64,000 nt of DNA, from assembly GCF_022539665.2 (NCBI RefSeq), contig NC_081333.1, positions 9,548,001-9,612,000 on the forward strand, given 5' to 3'. The position numbers and the translations under genes are program-made. Within the stretch, counting starts at the first letter, position 1. Each line of letters starts with the position of its first letter. This document shows positions 13,201-26,500 of this stretch, in pieces. The DNA is from Daphnia carinata (taxonomy: Eukaryota). A model generated the notes under the pieces. That model was not told the DNA's origin. It saw only the letters and a list, made by a program, of their open reading frames with translations, and ran no database searches.

Positions 13201-16200
13201 CTCTTCTTTTTATTACTCTTTCCTAATGTTCTGGCACGACAGCAAAAACTCACTTACTCAATCCCGGCTCTTTTTCCTATCGGTCTTCTTTTTGTGACCA
13301 TCTGGTTTGGATAGGGACGTTTCAAACCGGCTGGACACAACTAATAAGCGGGCTCACTGCACAATCATGAGTCATCTTGTCGGCCACTTTTATCGTCACT
13401 CTAGAAACATCGTTCAGCCCTTATCGACGCTGTCCGTCTTCATTCGTCACGCCCGGCCAATCAATGGACGACCGATTCATTCAATGTCATCTATATACCC
13501 TCCCCAAGAGCATGTGGATCTGTTATACCACTCTGAAATCGATTCGAGTAGAAGGCAAGTTTTCTGATGAGGAGCGTTTCAAACCAACCGGAGACGACAG
13601 GAGTGAGTCGGATTGACGCATTGATGAAGTCGATCGATCGAGGTACTACCATTGAACACAAAAGCCCGGTAACATTAGCTGGGACGTCCCGGAACGACCG
13701 TTTGGGGGTGGGTCATTCAGCAATTATTCTCGAGAAAGCTTTCGAGAGGCTTACGTTTTTCGTTTGAAATCACGACAAAGTGTTCAACGAGTATTACATG
13801 TGAGCCTATTTCTTCAAAGTTTCATGTAGGGTATGTTTTAAAAAAGGAACATTGGTGATTTTGTAAATGGAATCTAATTGAACTAACACCTAAATATTGT
13901 AAATCTTTAAGAACATCTAAGGGAATTACAGGGCCATTTAATAATTTTTTTATTTTGTTTTGATTTTGTATTTCAAGATTTGTCTTTTTTATTGCTGCCC
14001 GTCGCTCTGGCATTCAGGGCAGACGGGCATTTCATGCTCGGAGAGGGCGGGAAACGTCGCGGCTTTCGATGCTACGATCCAATTCCTTTGCCGTCAGTTT
14101 CCGAGAACGAAAGATTCTTTTCCGATTTTACGTGACGTATCCGTATGGAAATTGTTTCCCCACTGTGCCATATCTTCCATTGTCACAGAGAAATGCCCCG
14201 CTCCGTTCTGGATGATATTGCGGTACTTGCGCCATTGCGTCATTCTTCTTCGTCTCCCTTTTGCCTTCGATGGGTTGGGATGGGCTGGTGACAGCGACGA
14301 GCAAACGGCTTTTATACATATGCAAATATCTTTTCTTTGCCAGAAAAATGACAAGGATTTCCCGTATGATTCTTATCAAAGATCAAACATCTTTCTCTCT
14401 AATTTTCCCCAGGAAATAAGGCTCTCCTATTTTGCAATGCATATCAATTTCATCCGTTTGAGCGTGAAACGATTTTTTGCATCACAATCTCATTGTCAAA
14501 TTTCTGTTATTATTCACAGTTCAATGGACGTTTCTCTTTTATGTTACGTCATATGCCCAGTAGCTACTAAAGATGCATTAGCATTTTTGTTGAGTTTGCA
14601 ATTTTAATTTTACCGTGGATGCACGCGTTTGCATCTTGCTGTTTCAACTGATTCCAACAGAGAGCATTAGCTGACGGAGTACAACAACTGAAAACGTAGC
14701 AGACGTCCAGGGCATTGAGTCGGTCATGCGCAGAACTCACGGCTAAAATCACGATGTAAAGATTTGTTTCCCGCAGGTACGAGCGGAGGACATCTACTGT
14801 CTTTGTCGAGAACCCATCGTCGATGAAAGATATTTATTGGATAGACAACTCAGATTTTTAAATCGCGTGAGGGATGATAAAGAAACCTCCAAAGCATAAA
14901 AACTAAAAGTTTGAAAGAGAAAAGAAGTAAACTTAAGATGAACGAGCTGGGCTCTCAAGTGCATCGTGAAAGATAGCGCTTCACGGACGACTTATTGATA
15001 GATAGTCAAAATTCCGGAAGATGACCATTTCATTTTTGATGATAGCAAATGAAGAAAAAAAAGGCAGAACTACTGGATCTTTTATTTATTTTAAAGCCAT
15101 ACAAAGTGGTGAATAGGCCAAGTTGTTTTCATCCAACTCTGCCAAGAGACGGAAATCAATGGCGGTCGTGAAAGAAGAAAAGTTTCTTTTCCTCATAAAA
15201 TCGACCATCACAAGTCTACACAACACAGTATACACACAGAATCGAAATCGCCCACGACAAGGATTCAAAGCACTTTTGGCGGAAGCCTCTGCATTTTGGC
15301 TGATGGCCGTCTTCTTCCCCTTTTGCAAATGTTATCCAAGTGTACGTGGGCCCAGGACGGCGGATGGAAGTTAGATGAATTGGCTGGATCTGAGTTTCAG
15401 CGACACGCTCGAAAGTTTCCTATTTGCACAAGTTGCGCGTGCCTTGCAAACGTTTCTTTTTCCTTTTTCAGACACAAGTTGTTGCTAGAGAAACAAGGGC
15501 TTTAACTTTGGCTATTCAAATAATCAGACGATCGTTTGTCGAGATGGAAATCCCATCGTAAATTTCTTCGCCTTTACACTCTTTGCCTTTGATCGCTTGG
15601 AAGGGCTCCTAAACGGTAGATTCTTATTCCCCTTTTTCAACTGTTCGTTGCTGTCGGTTGTTCCACCTCTGCGTGACAATTCGTGGAAAATCAATGACAA
15701 GATGAATGTAGCCTAGCATTATTTCCTTTTGGTCGACTCTAATTTCGTTTTTACTTTGACGTTTTCATTATCGTTTGGTCTGACAAATACACTCGCTTCA
15801 ACAAGGAGAAACGTGTCACGCCACGAAATCAAAAAGGAGGGAACCGTTTGATTGTAACGATCGATGATGATGTAACCCGCCTCTCCTTCTCTTTTAGATG
15901 GAAGGAAATGCGCTTATACTTTTTTTTTCCTTTAAATTTTGTGATGAGGAAATAGAAGGGAAAAGGGAATTCCGGGGCCACCAAGAGAGGCAGTTTGTAT
16001 TATCTGAATTGAGCGTGACTGTATTTTCCCGAAATCGTGTCAAGACCCTGCGACGTGATTCTTGATTACACGAGTGGCTCTCCTGTGAACCGATTTGTAC
16101 TGGGCCGAATATTAGCCGTACACAAAACTTGTTAAAGATTTTCCTTTTTGTTTCTGTTTCTCGATTCATTCATACCAGTGTTTTCTTTTGTGTTTTCATT

Positions 16201-17547
16201 TGCGGATTGAACGTAGTTGTCTTGCCTTTCGGAATTCTCACACGTGAACGAGAGAAAAATCTAAACTGAAAGGCCAGCTGATGCCCCGCCAGCCAACAGC
16301 CTGCAGCGCCACTAGATAACACGAACCTCCGGCTCGATGGGACAGCACGGGATTGTTTGGACAGTTGAATCAGACCAGTTCGGCCATCGCAACCAGACCC
16401 GTAGGACCAGTATCGCCGGAGACGGAGGAAGCGGAGGTACCGGATGATCTCCTGCATCCAACAGGGTGAACAGGCTTTGCAATCCATTTTACAGGGTTAG
16501 CAATACGTTGGCTACCAAAAATCCAAAACACATCAACGAAAGAAGCCGTTTTACGCAACTGCCTGCACACGATAGAAAGACTACTCGTCGTACTACTTCA
16601 CACACATATACGGCCAAAGTTATACAAAAGGTGTGTCTGTTCGTGTTGATATGCACTCAAAGCACGCATACGATAATGCGATTTTAATTACGTTAGACTG
16701 TAATGCATGTTTATTATTAGGCTATTGGGAAGTCGTTTTCTAATCAGGCCGTCATTTGAGCTAACAGTCCATTTGCTTTGTTCACTGAACACCCTCTGAT
16801 ACAAATAGGCATGCTACTGGAATGCTTTGCACTCATTTTCATGGTTTCGTTCGTTTCATTTGGATTTTTTTCGTCATTCCGGCTGCATAACTGAAGTGCG
16901 GATTGAATTTAAGAATTGCCGGTCGGGGAAAATAGTGGATGAAAATGCACCTGCTTTAACTGGGAAGCACGTCAGTTGTCTCCGTATACGTTTTGCCATT
17001 CTTTTTATGTGTTTTATTTATTTTTCTTTTCTTTTAATTTCTTTTTTACGGCGTCGTATTCTTTGCTTTTACTCACGTTGACAGGTATCTGGCACCTTCT
17101 TTCGTCGTCATTCATTCGCTCCTTCAGTGACGCTTGCCTTTTTATCCACGTTTCCCCTTTACGTAACCCTGGCCTCCTTTTCCATGTCTTCGTTGTCTTC
17201 CCCTTTTTTTTCTTTCTTTTCTTTTTGCTTTCCCAGTTCCTATGCTTCTCTTGTTTCCTTGTCGAGCGGTAGTCTTTTTGTCTCTTGTCCAAACTGTTGC
17301 TCCCACAAATTGATTGATCTCTTCTTTTGGCTAATCCTTTTTGTTTTGTCTCTTTGTTTATTGTCATTTTCTTGTTAAAATATGGTTCCTGGATCCCTGG
17401 ATTGCGTCTTTCAGGCTTCAACAACGAACGAACCGGCGTCTTATAAAACACCGTGGTTAGGTGAAATCTTCTTAGAATTTCATACGTGAGACCAAGGTCG
17501 GCGAGTGCGTATCAAATCACACCGAGGCGGCACAATAAAGCATCGCC

Positions 17548-20500
17548 ATGAATTTGATGTACTTTAAGAATTTGCGGGGCGACAGGGACGGAGGGACGAC
17601 TGGGTTGCTAAGCAACACGAGACGAACGGCTGGCATAGACGGTGGCGGTGTCAGCAGCGGAGGTCCTAGTTACGGCGGCGTCAGAGGTCTCAGCGCAGGA
17701 GGCGGAGCCAATTCACGCTCCTGGTTCAATGCCGGAGTGACTGGCGGTGGGGTAGGGGGCGTGTCATCACTGGCTCGAGCTTCGGGTCCAGGCAGCGGAC
17801 TAGCGTCTTCCCTCGGCACAGCTGCTTGTGGTGCTTCAGCCACAGGTGCGGGAGTAGGCACTGGCGGTTCTACGGGAGCGGGCGGCAGCGGCCTCAACAC
17901 AGAGATGCATCACTTACGCACTCATCCGCTCGGTCTGTTCGACCTGCCGAGACACGCGGCCGACGGCAACGGCGGCGGCGGTTTCGAAGATACTGATCGA
18001 GGAGTATCGGGTGCTTCGCGAAATTCGGCGTTGGCCTCGGGCGGCCCGTCGGCAGCCGCTTCTTCGGCCAACAACCGCTGGAGTCACGGCGGCTTGGACC
18101 GACTTGATCCAATTATTGGAGGCGGAAGTGGAAGCGCTGGAAATAGTCGACCCGACTACCGTTACACTCGTGTCGACCGACAGAGAATGGTGGACAGTGC
18201 AGCAGTCGATACCAGTGGTGGTGTCCCTGGCGGGTCGCGCTCCGTCCGAAGTGGATTGTACGCCGGAGAGCATCAGTTCACCGGCGAGGTGTGTTTAAGT
18301 GTTTCCGGATTGAGCGGAAGCGGCAACGCCAGGGGTACTGTACACGTCAGTGGCAGGACGGGCAAACAAGTCAGTTTCGGCCGTCACAGTCCCGACGTTA
18401 GTGGCAGTGGCAGCAGTGCTGGAACAATGGAGCGAGAACGATCGCGTGAGTCAGACAAACGATTACGCGGCTCTGCAGGAGCTGGCGGTGCGGGACCAGT
18501 CATCGGCAGTGGCATTTCGTCCAATAAAGAAAACAGTGAGAACAGCAGTCGTTCCACTTTTCCTCGTTCGTCCATTGTGGCCAGCAAAAGATCCAGTCCC
18601 GAACGAATTTTAGCCTCCGATCGAGGGCGGCCTTCCTCCCGCGACGACTCGGCTGACGGCCGAAGACGACGACCGAATTCCACCATTTTGACTGCCGAAA
18701 CAAGTTTAACATTACCGGATAGCCGAGGACTCGGTCACGGTCGAGGAGGCAGTGGCGGTGCTGGATCGAGTCGGCGAGGTGTTGATGGTCGTGATGTCAA
18801 TAATCGAATCTGTTCCAACAACGATCCGACATTCGACGAATTGATCGATCCCAAGGACCTCAACTTGAACGAGATTGCGCGCGACTGCTTCATCATCCCC
18901 GTCCATCTGGTCAATCGTTTCCTACCTCTCGGAGTCACGGTAAGTTACAAATTGAATCACATTTTCTTGTTGTCGTGACGTCATTCGCTTTTATTTTTAG
19001 CTACATAAAATCGAACTGATCGGCCTTGTACTGCGTTGCGTTTTATTTTTTATTACTGCGTCCTAGTTTGTGTAGTTGTGCGAAAGAGGGAGAGAAATCA
19101 TTGAACTATATATTTGAGGTGCGCTTGTTCGTACTAGATGTAGCATACCATATCTGCATGACAAGCCGTATCGATTCGTGTTACATTTCTTTTTTATCTT
19201 TGGACGATAGGCTCTCTTTTGTTGTTGTCAATTCAAAGTTTGATATAAAAGTTGGCCGGTCCTTGTTTCATGCCAAACAGACCACCCAAAAACACGCTCG
19301 CTGGTATTTCAGTTCCTCATTCCTACCTTCCTCATTCTTGGCCTACTTCTTGATTCTATTTCACAGCGAATAAAAAAATGCTTTTTTGTGTCCCCCATCA
19401 GTTTGTTTAGCGCTGTGTTTTATGACGGGAAGACCCAGTTTGGCGGTAGCCATAAGCAACGCCACTATATCGTCCGTTTTGGCGAAATTGGGTGGATTCA
19501 AGACGTTGGCGGGACTTGCCCCGGATAACGATCTCTAGTCACCCACCGCTATTCAGTAGCCGTGCAGTCTATATAGCGTTCCGTTGGCTTTCTTTCTTTT
19601 TTTTTTTTGATCGAGGGGGAACACACTCACGAATCACTAAATTAGCCGAGTGGATTTCTTGAGCGCTATATCCTCCAGCTCCCTGTGTATGATAGGGGCG
19701 ATCGAGCCTCTATACTTCTATTTTTCTGTATATAAGTCTCATTTGTTTTTTGGGGGGAGGGTGGGGGGAGGGAGGTTTCTTCTTATATATTTTCTTCATC
19801 TTCTTCTACTAGCGATAGAACTAGTTTGCGAACAACCACTACAATCTACGGCCTTTGCTTCTTAACAAGGTCTACATGCCTGTTCTTTGTTTCGTTTTTG
19901 TTTTCTTTACGGCCTCAGGGGCCGTCTGCCGCTCGCACCCACTTTCTCAAGCAATTTCTACAGCAACTCTTTTAGTCAGTCGACTTCATTTCTTTATAAC
20001 GAATAAAAAAAAGAGTTACTGGACGGATAAACGAACTGCAGAAACGACCCAGATGCTTTCATTTTTATACGCTTTCTTCTTAATCATTTTACTTAACATT
20101 TTCGCGCACACGTTCGTTGCGCACGCATCCGCGAAACAATTCGACGTGTCGAGAATCATCTTAGCTAATAACTCAACCCTCTTTTTTTCTCCATGCTCCT
20201 GTAGTAGTAGTCGTAGTATAGCATGAACAACACACACCGTGCAGAGCACAATCAGCTGTGACAAAACCCGTGTAACGCACAAAGAATGATTGATGATGCC
20301 ACTCTTTTTCTCCGTTTTGGTAACACCCCAAGGGATATGTCAAAGAGATTGAACGGAGGGACATTGTCAATTATATCCACCACACTCTTCTCCAAACTGG
20401 GCCGAGATTCTAGTCTTCTGCTTGTATTTAGAATTCGTTCCTGCTGAACGCTGGTGGACATTCCAATTCATTTCCCTGGCGACGCGTTACACTTGCGTCT

Positions 20501-23500
20501 AAACGTTAGTGCGATTACATCCATCCTGACACGATACGGAGTACAAGATACATCTGTGCTTTCACAGTGTCGGAACAGGGCCCTGATAAAATAATAACGA
20601 CGCCTGTCCGGATGACGAGTGTGACCATTTTCATTTTGCGCTCTCGTGATTACTGAACATGCATCTCTGACTCTTTGCGCTTATTTTCTCATCTTTTACC
20701 ATCTTGGGAATCGCTTCAGTCAAGTCCGTCGCAAGTGCGTCACGAACAGATACTATGCTTTCACCAGCTGTTCCATGTGCTGGATTTCAATGTTTGTTTT
20801 TTTCGTTTTACGTCACGTGACTTTAGGACGAAAAAGGCGTTTTGCGGCTAAATCCTTCAACGTATTTTTTTGTTATCTCTTTACCCTCTAGTCTTTGATG
20901 CACTTTACGTGGGTTTTAGTTCTTACGTCTTTTGTTTCACGTCAAAGAAAACAAAACACCATCGAAAGCAGGGAAAGCCATTTTCCATTTTCATCGAGTC
21001 TTTGCTTTTGCTGCGCGTCGCTGCTGCTGATATGTTTCAAAACATTCTAGGCCACTTCGGTGCTTTTCTCTCTACGTACATACAACACTGCGTATATATT
21101 TCTATCATTCTTTTTGTCGTCAAATGCACACTGATCCGCTTGCTCTCGAAACTAGGACGTGCTATTGATCATGCCATCGGCTCTAAAACTGCTGCGACAT
21201 ACCGAGCTTGCCTTACATGGTGTGATAAATGTTTAACGGAAAGTTATAACGTACAATATCGTCTGTTGTTTTTGCCACTCGAAAGATGCTTGCTGCGTCA
21301 ATTTGTTTCGATTCCAATGTTTTTTGTTTGCCCAATTTCGGTCAGAGGTTTTGACTGTTCCGCTATTTTTTTCTCCACGTAGAAAACTGTTTCATGAAAC
21401 ATGAGTGGTCAAGCGAAATAATTCTTGGCTGACGCTGAAACGTGTAGAAACTATGGAATAACGTGTGCGGGAGCGGGCAAAAAAAACGAGAGGATCAAAC
21501 TTTTGGCATTGCAGTGTTTACCGACAGCGTGAATCCTTACTCGTTACGATCGTTGTTGTTTGTTGCCCGGCATACTCCCAACGCAATCCATTCACTGACG
21601 TGATAAAGCCGATCTGCTTATTCCACACGTGAATATTATTGATTTCCCACTTTGACACCCGTTTGTCGTGAATTCAGTTGCACGTGATCTTTTCTTCCCA
21701 CGTCTTCATTTTAAAGCAACTTCTTTTGCAGTCTGCTCTTTTCATTATTATGCTAGAATTGTGTTTATTCTATTGACAAGTTTGAACCAATTTATTATTC
21801 AGAGTTACACTTGGCCCGAGGGGCACATATTTAATATACACAGTCGGTCTGGATTTTGAAAACAATGTTTAACTTCTTATCGCCTCTCGGCTGCTGGCAT
21901 GGAAACGATCAAACGAGATAAAACATACAAGACAATCACGCCCACTTGCACGCATGTATAATCATTTGAACTATTTTCCTTAGCATCCGCCAGTAGAAAC
22001 ATTGTTGCGGGATCACGTCATGAAAGGCGAGACGGCAAAGAGGCCACTCTCGGAAATTGGTGGAGAAGAGACTCGTATTTTATGCTGTTTGTTTTTTAAC
22101 CATCCAGTTTTTGCGTTTTCCTGCTGTTGAGGTGGTAAAGGAAGAAGAGAGATTCGGAGAACGTAGACGTGTACAATGATCCTTTTCGTCTAATCATTTG
22201 GATATTCATCCGACAGTCAGGAAAGTCGTAATGTAGCGTCAACCGCATTCACATTCGCATCACGTCGTCTTTCAATGTCGCTCCTTGTTTTCGCTTGCCA
22301 GTCAAATCCAATTTAGCGGCCCCATGTTTTGTTCTTGTTTTTGTTTCCGGTTTTTTTTTTATTATTACATTTATGTTAGAATGACAAATTTATCAAGTTG
22401 ATTCGATCGATTCCAGCCAACAGGAAAGAAAAGGCCGCCGAAAATCCAGTCACGTGCAAGCCCGGTGCTCCTGTACGTGCAGGTATTAAATATAGAAAAA
22501 TATTTGTTATGTCTATATGAAGCGACGACTTCCATATCAAGAAGATCGCATCGCGATCCGCTCAGATAATATGGATTCCGGCCAGAACGAATGAATATCT
22601 CTATCGCTGGTCAGGAGCCTCTTTCGAACGAATAGCGTTATTCCTCTATTGCTTTTCAACGGTTTGTCTCTTTGGCACTAAGAACGGACGGCTTTTCAAT
22701 TTCGAACAACGCGGATGAAAAGAATAAGTAAAGATTGGCTGGAATGCCCATTGCACATGGTGATCATGTATAACTACATTCCAGTGATGACACGTGATGG
22801 TCTTTAACTCTTTTTAGAGTAGTCAATTTTCCATCTCGATACTCTGCGAATAGCATTTTTCTTGGCAATGGTTATACAGTTGTGATTAGGCACGAATGCT
22901 TTGATTGGAACACACAATAGCATCCATTGGAATACATAGGGTCTCGTTGAGTTAGAACTGGATAGGTATACAAGCTATTTCCCAATAGGATAAAGTTCTT
23001 TTTTCCCTTCATTTCTAACTCCGGTCGTCAGGATTTCCTTTTCTTTTATGCTGAAATCTTGGCAAATAGAAGCATATTCGTTGTCAGTAGGTTTGCAGTT
23101 CACGATGACCCTAAAAGACTTTGTCGTTGCGTATAGGCTCGAACATCTTGGCTTCAGTGAACGCGCAGCTGCACCATCTTATTTTTTGCGATCGCTTGGA
23201 TTATCACGAAGTGTTTGCAGACATAGTGTTACACGTTCACTAGGCTATATAATTTTATTGTGGCTAAAAGAGAGCCAGTATATCTTTGTGCATAAATACT
23301 TTTAGCGAGATGTAGCGATCTCTAGGGCGTCCGGGTAAGTAGATGTATTAGTTTGGTATCACGGTGGGTGCGCTTGTCGCTTGGTTGGCGTATAAATAAA
23401 CCCTTATTTCTTGTCTCTTCCAAAGTTCTCTCACTTTCTCTCTCTCTCTCTCTCTGTGTCTACGGGAGGAGACGCTTTTGGCTTTCCATGTTCCCCCCTC

Positions 23501-26500
23501 CTTGTTTTGATTCCGGGCGGGCCAAGAGTAGTCGAGGTCCAACCGATGGAGGAGTACGTACGCTTGACGAAACCCTTGAATACAAAAATAAATATTTCAA
23601 CGTCAAGAGAAAAAAAAAGAAAAATAAAGAAAATTAGGAAACCAGAAAACAAAAAAAAAAAAAAATGGGACTGACATGTAAATAGAACATGCAACTGCCT
23701 GTTCTTAACTCTGCTGATTCCGGTGCAATGGATAGCGGACCATATTATTAGCAACTGTTTCTAGGAAAAATATTCTTGTGGTATGCTTACAAACTGAACA
23801 GGACCAACAACCGACCGGTTTCCTGTTCAAAACTCTTTTTCCATTCCACAATTGAAAATTGAAGGATTTATTACGGCAAGTGTATGGATCATTTTCTTTT
23901 TTCTTTCTACAAGGACTTTAGCCTATGGCAATTCCCTTTTGCGTTGTAGGGGTATGGAACAGAAAGAATGGCTCGCCGTATACTATCGATCGTCTAATAA
24001 TTCTACCACCGTGCAACGCGTGCAGAAGAAAAGAATTTTAAAAAAGAAACCGGAAGCTAAGCAAGTGCGAAAAGGTTTATTTTAGTAAAGGTCGTACGAA
24101 TCGTTTCAGGTCAATTTGCAGATAATTGGCATCCTCTGATAAATGACTTAACACTCCCCGTTTTATTTTTGGAACCAAGTAATTGTGGAAACATAAATAG
24201 CCTTTCCCCTTTTTGTTCCATGCAACAACAAAAAATAGCGTTAAAAGATTTTTTTTTTTTTAGAAAGTGTTGGATGTTTTACCGACATCGTCGACAATCA
24301 ACTCCTCTTTTTTACTTGTGGCGTTGAGGGTTAGTATAATTGAATGCGGAACGCCGTCTGACCCACTTTTTTTTTTTATAGGGAACTCCTGTTCTTCTGT
24401 TTATCATTTATTGGGCAACTTTATGATGATCCTGCACCGCCTTCTAGTGATTAACGCACCACCCATTTGGGAGCTATTCGATTTCGGAGGGGTTGTCCTA
24501 CGTGTTTGGATTCCGTTTAATTCAAAAACTACACAATCAACGGGAAAACTAATATTTTATTTGAAACCAGCGTTGAATTTCAGTCATGAAAACATAAACT
24601 TAGATCGAATTTCAAGTAAAATTTTTTTTTCGGACTTGCAAAATAAGCCCGACAAATTAAGCCCGACTTTTTCATAAAAAACCAAAATTCTTAAAAACCC
24701 TAGATATAGCAATGAAAATACATGGTTTAGATTTAAATGTAACGAGAAATATGGAAATCAACTTTGTTTTGACGTAGAGCTAATAGTTTTTGAGTTATTC
24801 AAATTCAAAGTGGTTGCACTTAAAGTTCAGTTCAAATAGGTCGTGCCATAAGTGTTGGCAGGTAGATTGTCATTGGGTTGCGGTGCAGGATGTCTATGAT
24901 ATTATCAAAATTTATCTTGTAAAGCCAGAGAACTACAGGATGACTGTAAAAACGTCGGTTAAAGGGCGTTCCGCAATAGAGAACCTAAAAAAACAGAACA
25001 GGCCAAAATGTGTCGAGTCCATTTGTTCTTTTTGCCGATGGCTGCGTGAACGACTGTGGCTATTTTCGAACCACGGAAGAACTGATTTTTTTTCTTCACG
25101 TCTTTTTTCGACCCCTGACTTTTTTTTTTTAAATTCCCACAACTTTAGAGCCGTTGAGTTATTCAGAGTGTTCTCTTTTTCTAGTTCCAAAAGTAAAATA
25201 TAATGACATGCCACAGCGTCAAAATCACGTGTCGTAACATTACAAATCGGTTATCCAATGACATGTTTCTTTTTCTTTTTCTCATTTTCTTTTTTGTCTT
25301 TCTGTTTCTACTTTTTTTTCGGTTCGCATCACCCTCGCGGGATTGCCCCTGTTGTTGGCCGGCCAATGATGGTATTCTACTTGAATTTGAATCTTCGTAG
25401 CTGCCTCAAACGGGTCGGGCGTCGATGAGCGTCGTGGAAGTCGATGATCCACAGCTCATCATCCTGCTACACTTTATGACGCCGTTCATGTCCATCCAGC
25501 CCGTTTTCGAGTCTCCGCTGGCCCGGCCGGCTTCACTGCAAGGCAGCATGGCCTCGCAACTGCTCATCGACCTACTGCGCGATCGACCCGGTGCCCACGG
25601 CATGCTGCTCGTCAGCATAGAGCAGGACGGTAAGCCTCATCAATTTATATCTTCATAGTTTGTAACTTTTCTACGCCTTCAACATCATATGTAAGGGGCG
25701 ATGTTGGTTTGGCCCGTGTTCCAGTTGAACTTTCTTGGCTGCTACCCATTAAAATATCGCTCCAGAGTCCGTGGATGGTCCATCACCTAAGTTGGATCAT
25801 CACTCTTAAAAAGAAAAGCTAGACCATCTCTGTCACTCTGTTATTACAATATATGTGTCTAAATGTCTTTCAAGCAACTAGATATGCACTCTCATAAGTG
25901 TTGAGACTCAACCATCCTACTGGTTCCTTCTAGTGTATTATGCATAATCGTTGTCATGGTGATAGAAGGCTTACCATTAGTCTGTCTGGCTGCTTGGTTC
26001 GTACTTTCTTCTCGTTGCATAGTCAAGCTTATTGACCGCACAGGCTGGAGCACTTAGAAGCAAATAGAGGGCATTCCTCTGCACCAAAATGATTGAAACT
26101 CCTATTGAATTGCGCAGTAGTTGCAACGCCTAGCGGTAACACAAGATGCACAATTTACGTTCCGCGTACGTCAATAATATCCTTCCTGGTCTACCTTTAC
26201 AAGAACAAGCCGTCATTTCCTTTTCTCCTCGGGAAGTCACTGCCGGAATTCATTAAGCGAATGTTAACAGCAAGGCCACTCCAGAAAAAGCTTTGATTGG
26301 CTAAAATGAAATGCCAATTTAACGTTTTGTCACGGCATAGTTCGCATGTGACAATACCAAAATGCAAACATAAGAAATTAAGGGGTAAATGTACAATAGA
26401 TCGTTGGAGAGAAAAAATTATACAATACGCATATTCAATGTTGACAATCTCGTTGTCTTTCTCAACCGCTTTCAATTGCGCACCTTCCACCAACTTGTTT

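Noticed and set aside
13960..14607. 215-aa ORF on + strand
   Set aside because: TTG start, no recognisable motif, no convincing splice partners; composition typical of random non-coding sequence.
17670..18938. Several antisense and alternative-frame ORFs over GC-rich exons (also at 38.0-38.7 kb and 48.6-49.4 kb)
   Set aside because: Shadow ORFs caused by high GC and codon bias of the real coding frame.
20325..20415. Short coding-looking stretch KGYVKEIERRDIVNYIHHTLLQ
   Set aside because: No start codon or usable splice sites; ends in a stop.
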